From: an uncultured Trueperaceae bacterium
GTDB taxonomy: Bacteria; Deinococcota; Deinococci; Deinococcales; Trueperaceae
Direction: 5' to 3'
Length of the DNA: 64,000 nt
Assembly (NCBI GenBank): GCA_963815215.1
Contig: CAWFFU010000003.1
Coordinates: 256,001-320,000, forward strand
Part shown: positions 1-13,048 of the stretch, one piece after another
Layout of the letters: each line of letters opens with the position of its first letter
Position numbering within the stretch: position 1 is the first letter of the stretch
The notes under the pieces: generated by a model
Told to the model about the DNA's origin: nothing
Seen by the model: the letters and a program-made list of their open reading frames with translations, nothing else
The model's database searches: none
Made by a program: the position numbers and the translations under genes

Positions 1-1113
1 GTTGGTGATCGGCAGCCAGCCGGCCCCTTGCAGCGCGCGCGCGGCGTTGCCCGCGAAGGCGACGGCGAGCAGCGCGGTCACGGTGACGGCGACCCGGAAG
101 AACACCTGCAGCGGCAGCTTCCGTTGCAGGCGCAGGATGACGAAGGCCACCAGCGCGAGGGCGACGGCGCCGACCGCCAGGCCGAGCCACAGGTACCCCA
201 TCACGGGGCCGCTGACGCCGACCAGCGCCTGGTAGAGCAGCACCGTCTCGAACCCCTCGCGGTAGACGCTGGCGAAGGCGGCTGCGGCGACGGCGAGCAG
301 GCTGCCGCGCTGCACGGCGTGGCCGAGCCGCGCGCGCATGAACTCCATGTGGCGTCGCCGGTCGCTCTGCTGCAGCATCCAGAAGCTGAGGTAGAACAGG
401 ATCGCCACCGCCACCACGCTGGTGATGCCCGAGAGCAACTCGCGTGAGGCGGGCGCCACGCGCAGCACGGTGGACGCCGCGACGTAGGTCAACCCGGTGG
501 CGACCAGCGCGGCCGCGAGGCCGTACCACACGCCGGGCGCGAGTCGGTCGTTGCGCGTGCTGCGCAGGTAGGCCAGGATGGAGCCCAGCAGCAGGACGAC
601 CTCCAGCCCCTCGCGGAAGAGGATGAAGAAGCTCCCGCCGGCGGCCAGCGTGGGCGCGAGCGCGCCGGTGCCGCTCACCACCGTCTCGGCGCGCAGCAGG
701 TCGGCATAGATCTTGGCCGCGGCAGCATCGATCTCGCCCATCGGTGCGCCGGCCTTCATGCCGTTGCGGAGATTGGCGAACAGGAACTCGGTATCGAGGA
801 TCAGGTCGGGATCGAGCACCCTCAGCTTGGGCTCGGCGTACTCGAAGTGGTCGAGGTAGGCCGAGCGCGAGAGCCGGTAGGCCTCATCGGCGTGGCCGGT
901 GCGGTACAGCCGCAGGCTTCGAGCGACCATGTCGTGGGCGGTGTGGAGCTCGGCGGCGACGTCGACCTTCTGCTGAGCCCGCGCCTGGGGTGCGAGGGCG
1001 AGCAACGCCGCCGCCATCGCGGCGAGCACGAGCAGGACCGGCGGGCGCCACGCGGCGCGCGGCCGCCGCGCCGCAAGACCCCGTGCCGCAACGCCCCGTA
1101 CCGCCGCCGGCAT
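1..1113 (-). CDS. FTR1/EfeU-family iron permease with N-terminal exported helical domain (3' end outside window)
   Basis: Absent from the ORF track because its stop lies outside the window. Hand translation: GGAGG RBS, ATG at 1113, signal-like segment, SAYLDHFEYAEPKL, then two REGxE motifs (FFILFREGLE at 630-601; SVYREGFETV at 270-241) among hydrophobic helices. Confidence 0.9.
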   Translation of the reverse strand, partial: MPAAVRGVAARGLAARRPRAAWRPPVLLVLAAMAAALLALAPQARAQQKVDVAAELHTAHDMVARSLRLYRTGHADEAYRLSRSAYLDHFEYAEPKLRVLDPDLILDTEFLFANLRNGMKAGAPMGEIDAAAAKIYADLLRAETVVSGTGALAPTLAAGGSFFILFREGLEVVLLLGSILAYLRSTRNDRLAPGVWYGLAAALVATGLTYVAASTVLRVAPASRELLSGITSVVAVAILFYLSFWMLQQSDRRRHMEFMRARLGHAVQRGSLLAVAAAAFASVYREGFETVLLYQALVGVSGPVMGYLWLGLAVGAVALALVAFVILRLQRKLPLQVFFRVAVTVTALLAVAFAGNAARALQGAGWLPITN

Positions 1114-1145
1114 GGGCGCCTCCATGTGCGCCTCGACCGGCGGCG

Positions 1146-2135
1146 TCACTCGAGCGCCTTCCGGGCGCGCTCGAGATCGGCGCGGGCGCTCTGCACGGCG
1201 GCCGCGAAGTGGTCGGTCGGGACGCCCTGCGCCACCAGCGCCCGTAGCTGGTCGCGGAGGGTGTGCTCGAGCCGCCGTTCGAGATCGGGGGCGGCGGCCG
1301 CGAGCGGGGGTTCGAGGTCCTCGAAGTTCTCCAGGTAGGCGTCGATGAGCGCCTCGCCCGCGCCGGCGCTGTCGCCTTCGCGGTAGCGTGCCACGGCGCG
1401 GTCCAGGTCGGCCTCGATGGTCTGTAGCAGGCGCGCGGTGTCGGCCGCGCTGGGTGGGGCGCCGAGGGCGGCGAGGGCGTTGTCGGTGGCGGAGCGAACG
1501 GTGGCCGGGCGCACCACGTCGGCGCCGAGGGCGCTACGGAGAGTCACCAGGGCGTCACGGACCGTGGCGCCCACCCGGAGGCGCTGCGCCTGCTCGACGG
1601 CCACGGCCGCCAACGCCGACGCGTAGGCGCCGGGCTCCGTGGCGGTAGGCGTACCTGCCGGCTGAGCGGAGGCCTCCAACCCTTCCCGGCCGGCTTCGCG
1701 GACAAGCGCCACGAGAACGCTGCGGACGGCGTCGCCGCCGTCGCGTCCGTGCTCGGCGAGCCCGGTCACGGCGCCGGTGAGGCGGTCGGCCGCGCCGCGG
1801 GCGGCGCGGCCGTCGCCGCCGTCGACGGCGCTGCGGAGGCGCTCGAAGGCGCTGCGCAGCGGCTCGTTGGCTGAACTCGCCGTCAGCGCGGCCAACGGCC
1901 CCTGGGCGGCACGCTCGAGTTGCAGGCGGGCGTCGTCCGGGTGACCGTCCGCCGCCAGGCTGGCGGCGGCGCGACCGCGAGCGTCGAGGCGGAAGGAGTC
2001 GACGAGCTGGGATGGCACGGTCGTCGGTGCGGATTGCGCCCCGGCCGCAGCGAGGGCGAGGGCCAGCGCGATGGTGGCGACGAGGGCGTGGGTGTTGGGC
2101 AGCGGCCGCAGGCGGCGCGGGGAGGGCGAGGCCAT
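1146..2135 (-). CDS. Secreted Ala-rich helical protein, probable FTR1-associated metal-binding partner
   Basis: Signal peptide (LVATIALALALAAAGA-Q); C-terminal DAYLENFEDLEPPL motif; directly upstream of the FTR1 gene. Start taken at MASPSP. Confidence 0.7.
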   Translation of the reverse strand: MASPSPRRLRPLPNTHALVATIALALALAAAGAQSAPTTVPSQLVDSFRLDARGRAAASLAADGHPDDARLQLERAAQGPLAALTASSANEPLRSAFERLRSAVDGGDGRAARGAADRLTGAVTGLAEHGRDGGDAVRSVLVALVREAGREGLEASAQPAGTPTATEPGAYASALAAVAVEQAQRLRVGATVRDALVTLRSALGADVVRPATVRSATDNALAALGAPPSAADTARLLQTIEADLDRAVARYREGDSAGAGEALIDAYLENFEDLEPPLAAAAPDLERRLEHTLRDQLRALVAQGVPTDHFAAAVQSARADLERARKALE

Positions 2136-2241
2136 GGGTGGCGATCCTTTCGAAGGCGACAGCCCGGTGGGCCGTGCTCCGTTGTCGTGTGGTGGCGGCA
2201 CGGTCCGCTGCCGTAGAGTCGTCGCGCAGGGGCGCCGCCAA

Positions 2242-2303
2242 TATACCCGAGTGGTTGGCTCGGGTATACGCAGAGTCTAGCGGCGCACAATCCAGAGTGT
2301 CAA
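2242..2303 (-). promoter_or_regulatory. sigma70-type promoter plus palindromic operator for the iron-uptake genes
   Basis: Minus strand TTGACA (2303-2298)-18 nt-TAGACT (2279-2274), followed by the perfect inverted repeat TATACCCGAG-N7-CTCGGGTATA (2242-2268). Confidence 0.75.
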
Positions 2304-2370
2304 GCTCAGGATTGCGGCCGCCGGCGGGGAAGGGGCGCCACAGTCGTGTCGTCCCCGGGGATCGATCGGT

Positions 2371-5300
2371 TCACTCGGAGGTCGGGCGACGCCGCGCCAG
2401 GTAGGTCCTGCGGCTTCTCTGCGTGTCGTCGCCGAGGTCGCCGACCTCCTGCGCGAGGCGCGCGTCGGCGCGCCGGTGCAGGGCGTTGCGCTCGTCATCG
2501 GAAGGGGCCGTGTCGGCCAGGAGCAGGTAGGCCAGGCTCGTCTCGAGGACCGGATGCGCCTCGGCGCGCGCCAGCAGTTGTGGTCGCAGCGCGGCGGCGG
2601 CGCCGTGCCCGTTGTCCAGGATCGCGGCGCGCAGGGCGGCCACGTCGGCGGCGAGGCGCAGGTGGTCGCCGTCGTCCAGCGCCATGGCCTGCTCGACCCG
2701 TTGCCGGACGGTATCGGCGTCGTCGGCCAGGAACGCCAGCTCGAGGAGGCACCAGGCGTAGAACTGCGGCAGCTTCAGCTCCGCCAGCTCGGCCAGGACG
2801 TCCTCCACCCCGGCCGTCGCGGCTCCCGCTGCGTCCGGCGAGGCGACCTCGAGGTCGATGGCGGCGAGATTGAAGCGCGCCACCAAGGCGCCCCGCACGT
2901 CCGCCGCGGCCTCCCGCAAGCGCGCGGCCTCGCGCAGCGCCGCGCGCGCCGGCCCGATGCGGCCCAGCCGTCGGAGCGCGTAGCCGTGCGCGAAGTGGGC
3001 CATCGCCGCCGAGCGATCGGCCCCGAGCGGGGCGGAGACCGCCAGCGCGCGCTCGGCGTGGACCAGCGCGGCGGCCAGGGCACCGCGGCTCACCTCGGTC
3101 AGCGCCGCGTTGGACAGGGCGATGCCGCCGGTGCGCCGATCGGCGGCGCGCAGCGCGACGTCCGCGGCCTCGGTGAAGTGCTCGATGGCCTCCGGGTACG
3201 CCCCCCTGCGCTCGCGGTCGGCGCCGAGACTGTTGAGCAGCGTCGCGATCAGCGGAATGTCGTGCAGGCTGCGGGCCAGTATGAGGGCTTCACGGTGGTG
3301 CTCGAACGCTGCGTCCACGTCGCCCCGCATCGCCTCGAGCGCGCCCAGACGTTGGAAGGCTCGTAGGCGACGCGCCTCGTGCCCTGAACGGGTGACCTCG
3401 AGGAAGGTGGCCTGGGCCTCGGTGTAGGCTCCCGAGAGATACGCGAGGTCGCCGAGCGCCAGGCGGGCCCGATCGATGCGTTCGGCGTCCCCGAGATGGA
3501 GGGCGTCGTCGAGCGCCTGACGGGCCTTGCGGGCGGCGACCGGGTGGTCCCCGCGTTCCGTGGCCCAGCGCGCCCGGCGCAGCGCGCTCTCGACCAGCAG
3601 GACGGGGTCCTGCTCGACGGCGGCGATGCGCTCGAGCTCCTCCAGGAAGCCGGCGGCCTCGTCGGCACGCCCACGCTGCGTCGTCACGTCGTCCAATCGG
3701 ACGAGCGCCTGGCTGCGGCCGTCGACGTCCGCAGCCGCCCACAGCGCCAGCAGGTACCAGCGCTCGGCGTCCTCCAGCACGAACACGGCGCGCGCGCCGT
3801 CGCCGGCTCGGAGCAGATGAGGGAAGGCGGCGGCCGGTTCCCAGGCGGACAGGAACTGCCCTGCGATCACCGCCGGGGCGGCGTCGAAGGCCTCGAGGGC
3901 GGTGGCGAGTCGCCGGTGCCAGAGGCGGGCGGCCTCGGGAGGCGTACGGTCCGCGATGGCGTCGGCGATGAGCTCGTGGGCGAGCTCGCCGTGGTGCAGC
4001 AGGCGGTGGAGCTCGAGCTCGGCGACGGCGGTGCGCAGCGTGGCGGCGGGCAGCTCCAGGACCGCGGCGGCGAGCTCGGTCGAGAACGCGGTGCCCGCCA
4101 TCGCCTTCACGCGGAGCACGTCCGCGGCAGGGCGGGACAGGCGGCGGATACGGCCCGCGAGCACGCCGGCCGCACTCCTGGGCAAGGGGTCTGCGCCGCC
4201 GCCGTCTCGTGCGGCGTCCTGCCACGCGGTGCGCAGGAGTTCAAGCGCGTAGAACGGGTTCCCGCCCGATACCCGCAGGACCACGTCGGCGGGGGGAGCG
4301 GTGCCCGTCATGCCGGTGCCCTGGATGAGCCCCTCGATCTGCTCGAGCCCTAGCGGCCGGAGCGTCACGATCTCGGCCAGTCCGCTCTCGGCGGCACTGC
4401 TCAGCACGCGTTCCCGGGTGCCGTCGAGCTCACCCGGACGGACCGAGGCGATGGCATGGACCGCCGAATCGGAGAAACGGGAGATGAAGTAGGTGCCCAT
4501 CTCGAAGCTGGCGTCGTCCCAGAAGTGCAGGTCCTCGTTCACGAGCACGGCCTTGCCCTCCAGCGCATTGGCGAGGACCCGGGCGGCGGCCTCGAACAGC
4601 CGCAGCTTCTGTGGCTCGTCGACGATCGGCGACTGACCGTCGGGGCGGGGAAAGCGCTCCGGCAGGATGCGGGCCAGCTCGTCGCGGATCCAGGGCTCGT
4701 CGGCGTAGTCGGGATTCTCGTGCAGGAGTGCGTTCAGGGAGCGGGCCTTGCTGGCGTAGGGGACGTTCCGGTCGCCCGGCATGCCGCGCGTGACGAGCAC
4801 CTCCCCCTTGCCGGCGGCGAAGTCATGGATCAGATGGGACTTGCCGATGCCGGGTTCGCCGATGACGACGAGGGTCTTCACGCGGCCCCAGGCTGCCTCG
4901 AGCGCCTGCCACGCCGCGTCGCGCCCGACCAGTCGCGGCGGGCGCAACAGCGCCACGGGCAGCGCACGTGCCGGGGGCGGTTGCGGCGCGGTCACGGCGC
5001 CGCTGTCGATGGCCCTGGCCAGCTCGACGGTGTCCGGCAGCGGTTCGAGCCCGAAGGTCTCGAGCAGCACCTCGCGACAGCGTCGGTAGGTGGCCATGGC
5101 CTGCCCGCGATCGCCGGCGAGATAGTGCAGCCGCATGACCTTCCGGTAGTTCGCTTCCGACAGCGGGTCGAGCGTCGAGAGCTGCTGCGCCAGGCGCAGG
5201 GCGCGCCGGAGCTCGCCGGCGCCTTCCAAGCGCTCGGCTTCCGCTTCCAGCGAGCGCCGCACGATCTCCAACAGGCGCTCGCGCTCGGCGATCACCCACT

Positions 5301-5697
5301 CAGCCAGATCCGGACAGTCGTCGTAGCTGTGGCCCTCCAGCAGCGTCGGCGTCTGCGGGGCCCAGCGCTGCGCGATGACGTCACTGCGCGCCTCGGCGTG
5401 CAGGGCCTGGAGCTCGCTGACGTCGGCCGTGACGGCTCCCAAGCGAAGGTCGCCGTCCGTTTCGAGGAGGTCCTCGAACACGCGCAGGCGGTGCAACAGT
5501 TGGCGCAGATTGTTGCGCGCGCGGGCGTCCACCACGTTGGGCCACAGCAGCCCGGCGATGGTGGCGCGCGGCGTCGGACCGGTGATCGCCACGTAGGCGA
5601 GCAACGCCGCGGCCTTCCGCTCCAGCGTCTCCTTCGGGCGCCCGGCTCGTTGGAGCATGGCCGGGCCCAGGACGCTCAGCCCCCAGGGATCGTTCAC
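2371..5697 (-). CDS. SARP/BTAD-domain transcriptional regulator with AAA ATPase and TPR-like repeats
   Basis: N-terminal wHTH (RKAAALLAYVA..LLWP..ARNNLRQLLHRL), BTAD (LDPLSE..KVMRLHY..G), Walker A GEPGIGKS, Walker B NEDLH, GGNPFY and a helical repeat tail. Start GTG at 5697 after a TACAAT -10; the ORF-track extension to 6114 overlaps the next gene. Confidence 0.85.
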   Translation of the reverse strand: MNDPWGLSVLGPAMLQRAGRPKETLERKAAALLAYVAITGPTPRATIAGLLWPNVVDARARNNLRQLLHRLRVFEDLLETDGDLRLGAVTADVSELQALHAEARSDVIAQRWAPQTPTLLEGHSYDDCPDLAEWVIAERERLLEIVRRSLEAEAERLEGAGELRRALRLAQQLSTLDPLSEANYRKVMRLHYLAGDRGQAMATYRRCREVLLETFGLEPLPDTVELARAIDSGAVTAPQPPPARALPVALLRPPRLVGRDAAWQALEAAWGRVKTLVVIGEPGIGKSHLIHDFAAGKGEVLVTRGMPGDRNVPYASKARSLNALLHENPDYADEPWIRDELARILPERFPRPDGQSPIVDEPQKLRLFEAAARVLANALEGKAVLVNEDLHFWDDASFEMGTYFISRFSDSAVHAIASVRPGELDGTRERVLSSAAESGLAEIVTLRPLGLEQIEGLIQGTGMTGTAPPADVVLRVSGGNPFYALELLRTAWQDAARDGGGADPLPRSAAGVLAGRIRRLSRPAADVLRVKAMAGTAFSTELAAAVLELPAATLRTAVAELELHRLLHHGELAHELIADAIADRTPPEAARLWHRRLATALEAFDAAPAVIAGQFLSAWEPAAAFPHLLRAGDGARAVFVLEDAERWYLLALWAAADVDGRSQALVRLDDVTTQRGRADEAAGFLEELERIAAVEQDPVLLVESALRRARWATERGDHPVAARKARQALDDALHLGDAERIDRARLALGDLAYLSGAYTEAQATFLEVTRSGHEARRLRAFQRLGALEAMRGDVDAAFEHHREALILARSLHDIPLIATLLNSLGADRERRGAYPEAIEHFTEAADVALRAADRRTGGIALSNAALTEVSRGALAAALVHAERALAVSAPLGADRSAAMAHFAHGYALRRLGRIGPARAALREAARLREAAADVRGALVARFNLAAIDLEVASPDAAGAATAGVEDVLAELAELKLPQFYAWCLLELAFLADDADTVRQRVEQAMALDDGDHLRLAADVAALRAAILDNGHGAAAALRPQLLARAEAHPVLETSLAYLLLADTAPSDDERNALHRRADARLAQEVGDLGDDTQRSRRTYLARRRPTSE

Positions 5698-5834
5698 AAC
5701 GGACGCATTGTAAGGGATGCGTGCCTGAGTACCGTTCGAAGGGTCACGGCGTGATGTTGGCGGCAACGCCGCCGGCGCGTCCCGTCGCGAGCGGCCGGCC
5801 GGCGCCGGCCGGCGACAGGCCGCAGCGCCGGCGC

Positions 5835-6767
5835 TCAGAGGAAGATCGCGCCCAGCAACTCGAGCGCGGCCACGGCCGCCAGGTAGGCGGTGGCGCCGCT
5901 GCCGTCGACCAGCGGATTGGTCTCCATCACGTCGAAGCCGACGACAGCCGTGCGCGCGACGACCTCGTGCAATAGGCGTCGCACCTCCGGGTAGTCGAAG
6001 CCGCCCGGCTCGGGCGACGACACGCCGGGCGCGAACGCGGGATCGAAGGCGTCCATGTCGAGCGTGAGGTAGCAACGATCGCAGGCGTCCAGCGCGTCCA
6101 GAAGCATCTTCCATCCCTGGGGCGTGCGCACGGCGTCGGTCGTGAGCACCAGGTTGCCGCGCGCTCGGGCCTCACGGTAGGTCGCCTGCGAGGTCCGTGC
6201 CCCGCGGATGCCGACCTGCAGGATGCGCGTCACCTCGGGGACTTCGGCCGCACGTCGCATGGGGCTGCTGCTGGTGTCCCGGCTGCCCATCACCTCGTCG
6301 GTCGCATCGAGGTGGGCGTCGATCTGGAGCACGCACAGCGGACCCTGCCCGGCAAGCGCGCGCACGGCCGGCCCGGTGGCGGAGTGATCGCCGCCGATCA
6401 GCACAGGGAAGGCGCCGGCACGCACCAGCGCCGCCACGCTCGCCTCCACCGCCTCCAGTGTGGGGCCCGGCCGGCTGCGCAGCACGTCCACATCACCGGC
6501 GTCCACCACACGCTTCCCGGTGAGCACCCGGCGGTCTCGGTCGATGTCGAAGATGCCATCGGGGGAGAGGGGGCCGAGCCGGGTGGAGGCCTCGCGCACG
6601 GCGCGGGGTCCGAAGCGGGCGCCGGGCCGGTAGCCCACCCCCAGGTCGTGCGGCACGCCGAGTACGGCGATCGTGCCGGCGCAGTCCTCGAAGCGCTCGA
6701 CCAGCGGCGCCTTGAAGAAGGTGGCGACGCCGGTGGGCGCGAGGTCGGCGGGGTAGCGCTCGCTCAT
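5835..6767 (-). CDS. Ureohydrolase (agmatinase/arginase family), probable formimidoylglutamase by context
   Basis: Motifs RPGARFGP, GGDHS, DAHLD, DMDAFDPAFAPG; 4-nt overlap with the hutI stop. Confidence 0.85.
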   Translation of the reverse strand: MSERYPADLAPTGVATFFKAPLVERFEDCAGTIAVLGVPHDLGVGYRPGARFGPRAVREASTRLGPLSPDGIFDIDRDRRVLTGKRVVDAGDVDVLRSRPGPTLEAVEASVAALVRAGAFPVLIGGDHSATGPAVRALAGQGPLCVLQIDAHLDATDEVMGSRDTSSSPMRRAAEVPEVTRILQVGIRGARTSQATYREARARGNLVLTTDAVRTPQGWKMLLDALDACDRCYLTLDMDAFDPAFAPGVSSPEPGGFDYPEVRRLLHEVVARTAVVGFDVMETNPLVDGSGATAYLAAVAALELLGAIFL

Positions 6768-8067
6768 GGTCGATCCTCACTCCGGGGGCCGTTCCGTTGC
6801 CAGGCCACGCGTCCCCCTGCGATCACGCGTTCGGCCAGGTTGGTGCCGTAGTGGTAGGCGAGGTAGGTGTGGCTGGGGGCGTCGACCACCAGCAGGTCGG
6901 CGCGCTTCCCGACCTCGAGGGACCCGACCTCGTGCGCCAGGCCCAGGGCGTGCGCGGCGTTGAGCGTGGCGGCGGCGATCGCCTCGGAAGGGGAGAGCTT
7001 GAGCTGCAGGCATGCCAGGTTGACGATGATCTGCATCGACTCCGTCGGGCTCGAGCCCGGGTTGGCGTCGGTGGCGAGCGCCACCGGCACGCCGGCGTCG
7101 ATCATGCGGCGGGCGGGCGCGTAGCGGCTCCCCATCAGGCTGAAGGTGGTGCCGGGGAGGAGCACGGCGACCACGCCCGCGGCCGCCATCGCCTCGAGGC
7201 CGGCGTCGGAGGCGTAGACGAGGTGATCGGCGGAGACGGCGCCGAGCTCGGCGGCCAGCTCCGCGCCGCCCGAGCTTGTCAACTCGTCGGCGTGGAGCTT
7301 GGGCCGCAACCCGGCGTCGCGACCGGCCTCGAGGATGCGCCGCGATTGCGCCACGTCGAACACGCCTTCCTCACAGAACACGTCGCAGAAGGCGGCCAGG
7401 CCCGCCTGCGCCACCGCCGGGATCATCGCCTCGACGACGAGGTCGAGGTAGCGCTCGGGGGCGTCGCGGAACTCCGGCGGGAAGGCGTGCGCGCCCATGA
7501 AGGTGGCCACCGTCCGTACCGCGTGACCGCGTCCGGCGCGCTGCGCCGCGCTGAGCTGCCGCAGTTCGGTAGCGGTGTCGAGGCCGTAGCCGCTCTTGAT
7601 CTCCAGCGTGGTGGTGCCGTGACGCAGCGCGGTGTCGAGACGCTCGCGCGTGCGGCGCGCCAGGGTGGCTTCGTCGGCCGCGCGCGTGGCGGCGACGGTG
7701 CTCAGGATGCCGCCGCCGGCCTGCAGGATCTCCAGGTAGGACGCGCCGGCCAGACGCAGCGGGAACTCGCGCTCGCGCGTGCCGGCGTACACCAGGTGGG
7801 TGTGCGGGTCCACGAAGCCCGGCAGCACGGTCTTGCCGTGCGCGTCGACGACCCGGGCGCCGTCGGCCAGCGTCACGGAGCGCTCGACGAGGTCGCTGGG
7901 GCCGACGGCGACGATCCTGTCGCCCGCCGCCGCGACGGCGCCGTCCGGGATCACACCGAGCTCGCCCAGAGCGGCGCCGGTGAGGGGTGCGGCGCCGTGG
8001 CCCGCCAGCGTGACCAGCTCGTCGGCGTGGCGCACCAGCAGGGTGGCCGCCGTCCGTTCGGGGTCGG

Positions 8068-8071
<4 letters not shown>
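6764..8071 (-). CDS. hutI: Imidazolonepropionase
   Basis: [45 protein letters not shown] motifs. Confidence 0.95.
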
Positions 8072-9738
<1,667 letters not shown>

Positions 9739-9887
9739 GCGGGTACCGTTCCTCTCGCGGGTGCAGGTTGCCTTTCCGTCACGGTACCGCTGCGAGAGGG
9801 GGAGTGGGCGGTTTGTCGCAGCATCGCGGCGGCGCGGGCTGTGCTCACCCGCGCGGCCGCGATGCCGTCGCTGTCGTGGGCCGGGTC

Positions 9888-12239
<2,352 letters not shown>

Positions 12240-12360
12240 CTACAGGCTTCGCGCCGGGGGGGCGGAACGGCGTGCATCTCGGACACGGGGCGAGGTCGCC
12301 GGTCGGCTGAGGTCGCCGGTCGGGCGGGGTGCGGTCGTCCCTACCGGTAGGCTGGTCTGC

Positions 12361-12882
12361 ATGGCGGACATCCACGGTCCCGACGATGCACGCGCGGCGC
12401 AGGCGAAGGCGGCGCGCTACGGCGAGTTGCTTCAGCGGCTGGCGGGCCTCCTGGAGGGTGAGCCGGACTGGCTCGCGAACCTCGCCAACGCCGCGGCGGC
12501 GATCTTCGAGTGGCTGCCGGGGCTCAACTGGGCCGGGTTCTACCTGCTGCGTGACGGCGAGCTGGTCGTCGGGCCCTTCCAGGGTCGACCCGCGTGCGTG
12601 CGGATCGCCATCGGGGCGGGCGTGTGCGGCGCCGCGGTCGCGCAGCGCGCCAGCCAGGTGGTGGCGGACGTGGACGCCTTCCCGGGGCACATCGCCTGCG
12701 ACCCGCGCTCGCGTTCGGAGATCGTGGTGCCGATCGTCGACGGCCGCGGCGCCGTGACGGCGGTGCTCGATCTCGACAGCGACCGGGTGGCGACCTTCGA
12801 CGAAGAGGACCGGGTGGGGCTCGAGGCGGTTGCACTTCTTCTAGCCCAGACTATCGATTGGGAGCGCGCTTGCCGGAGCTGA
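12361..12882 (+). CDS. GAF-domain protein, free methionine-(R)-sulfoxide reductase (MsrC/fRMsr) family
   Basis: NWAGFY, GPFQGRPAC, GVCG, FPGHIACD, SEIVVP, LDLDS; TAGGCT -10 lies 7 nt before the ATG. Confidence 0.88.
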   Translation: MADIHGPDDARAAQAKAARYGELLQRLAGLLEGEPDWLANLANAAAAIFEWLPGLNWAGFYLLRDGELVVGPFQGRPACVRIAIGAGVCGAAVAQRASQVVADVDAFPGHIACDPRSRSEIVVPIVDGRGAVTAVLDLDSDRVATFDEEDRVGLEAVALLLAQTIDWERACRS

Positions 12883-13048
12883 GCCGGATTCCGGGTGACG
12901 CGCGGCCGCGGCGCTGTGCTTCGAGTTCCTGAGGCCCGGCGGCGAGCTGCGGGGCGTGTCCATCATCGCGGACGTGTGGAAGCGCTGAGAGTCCTCGTGC
13001 ACGCCCCGACGCAGCGCCCGGGATCGTTGTCCGCGCGTCCAGCGTGCG

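Noticed and set aside
12902..12988. Short frame AAAALCFEFLRPGGELRGVSIIADVWKR*, possibly a gene tail at the accessory-region boundary
   Set aside because: Only 28 codons, no start, and too short to assign without a search.
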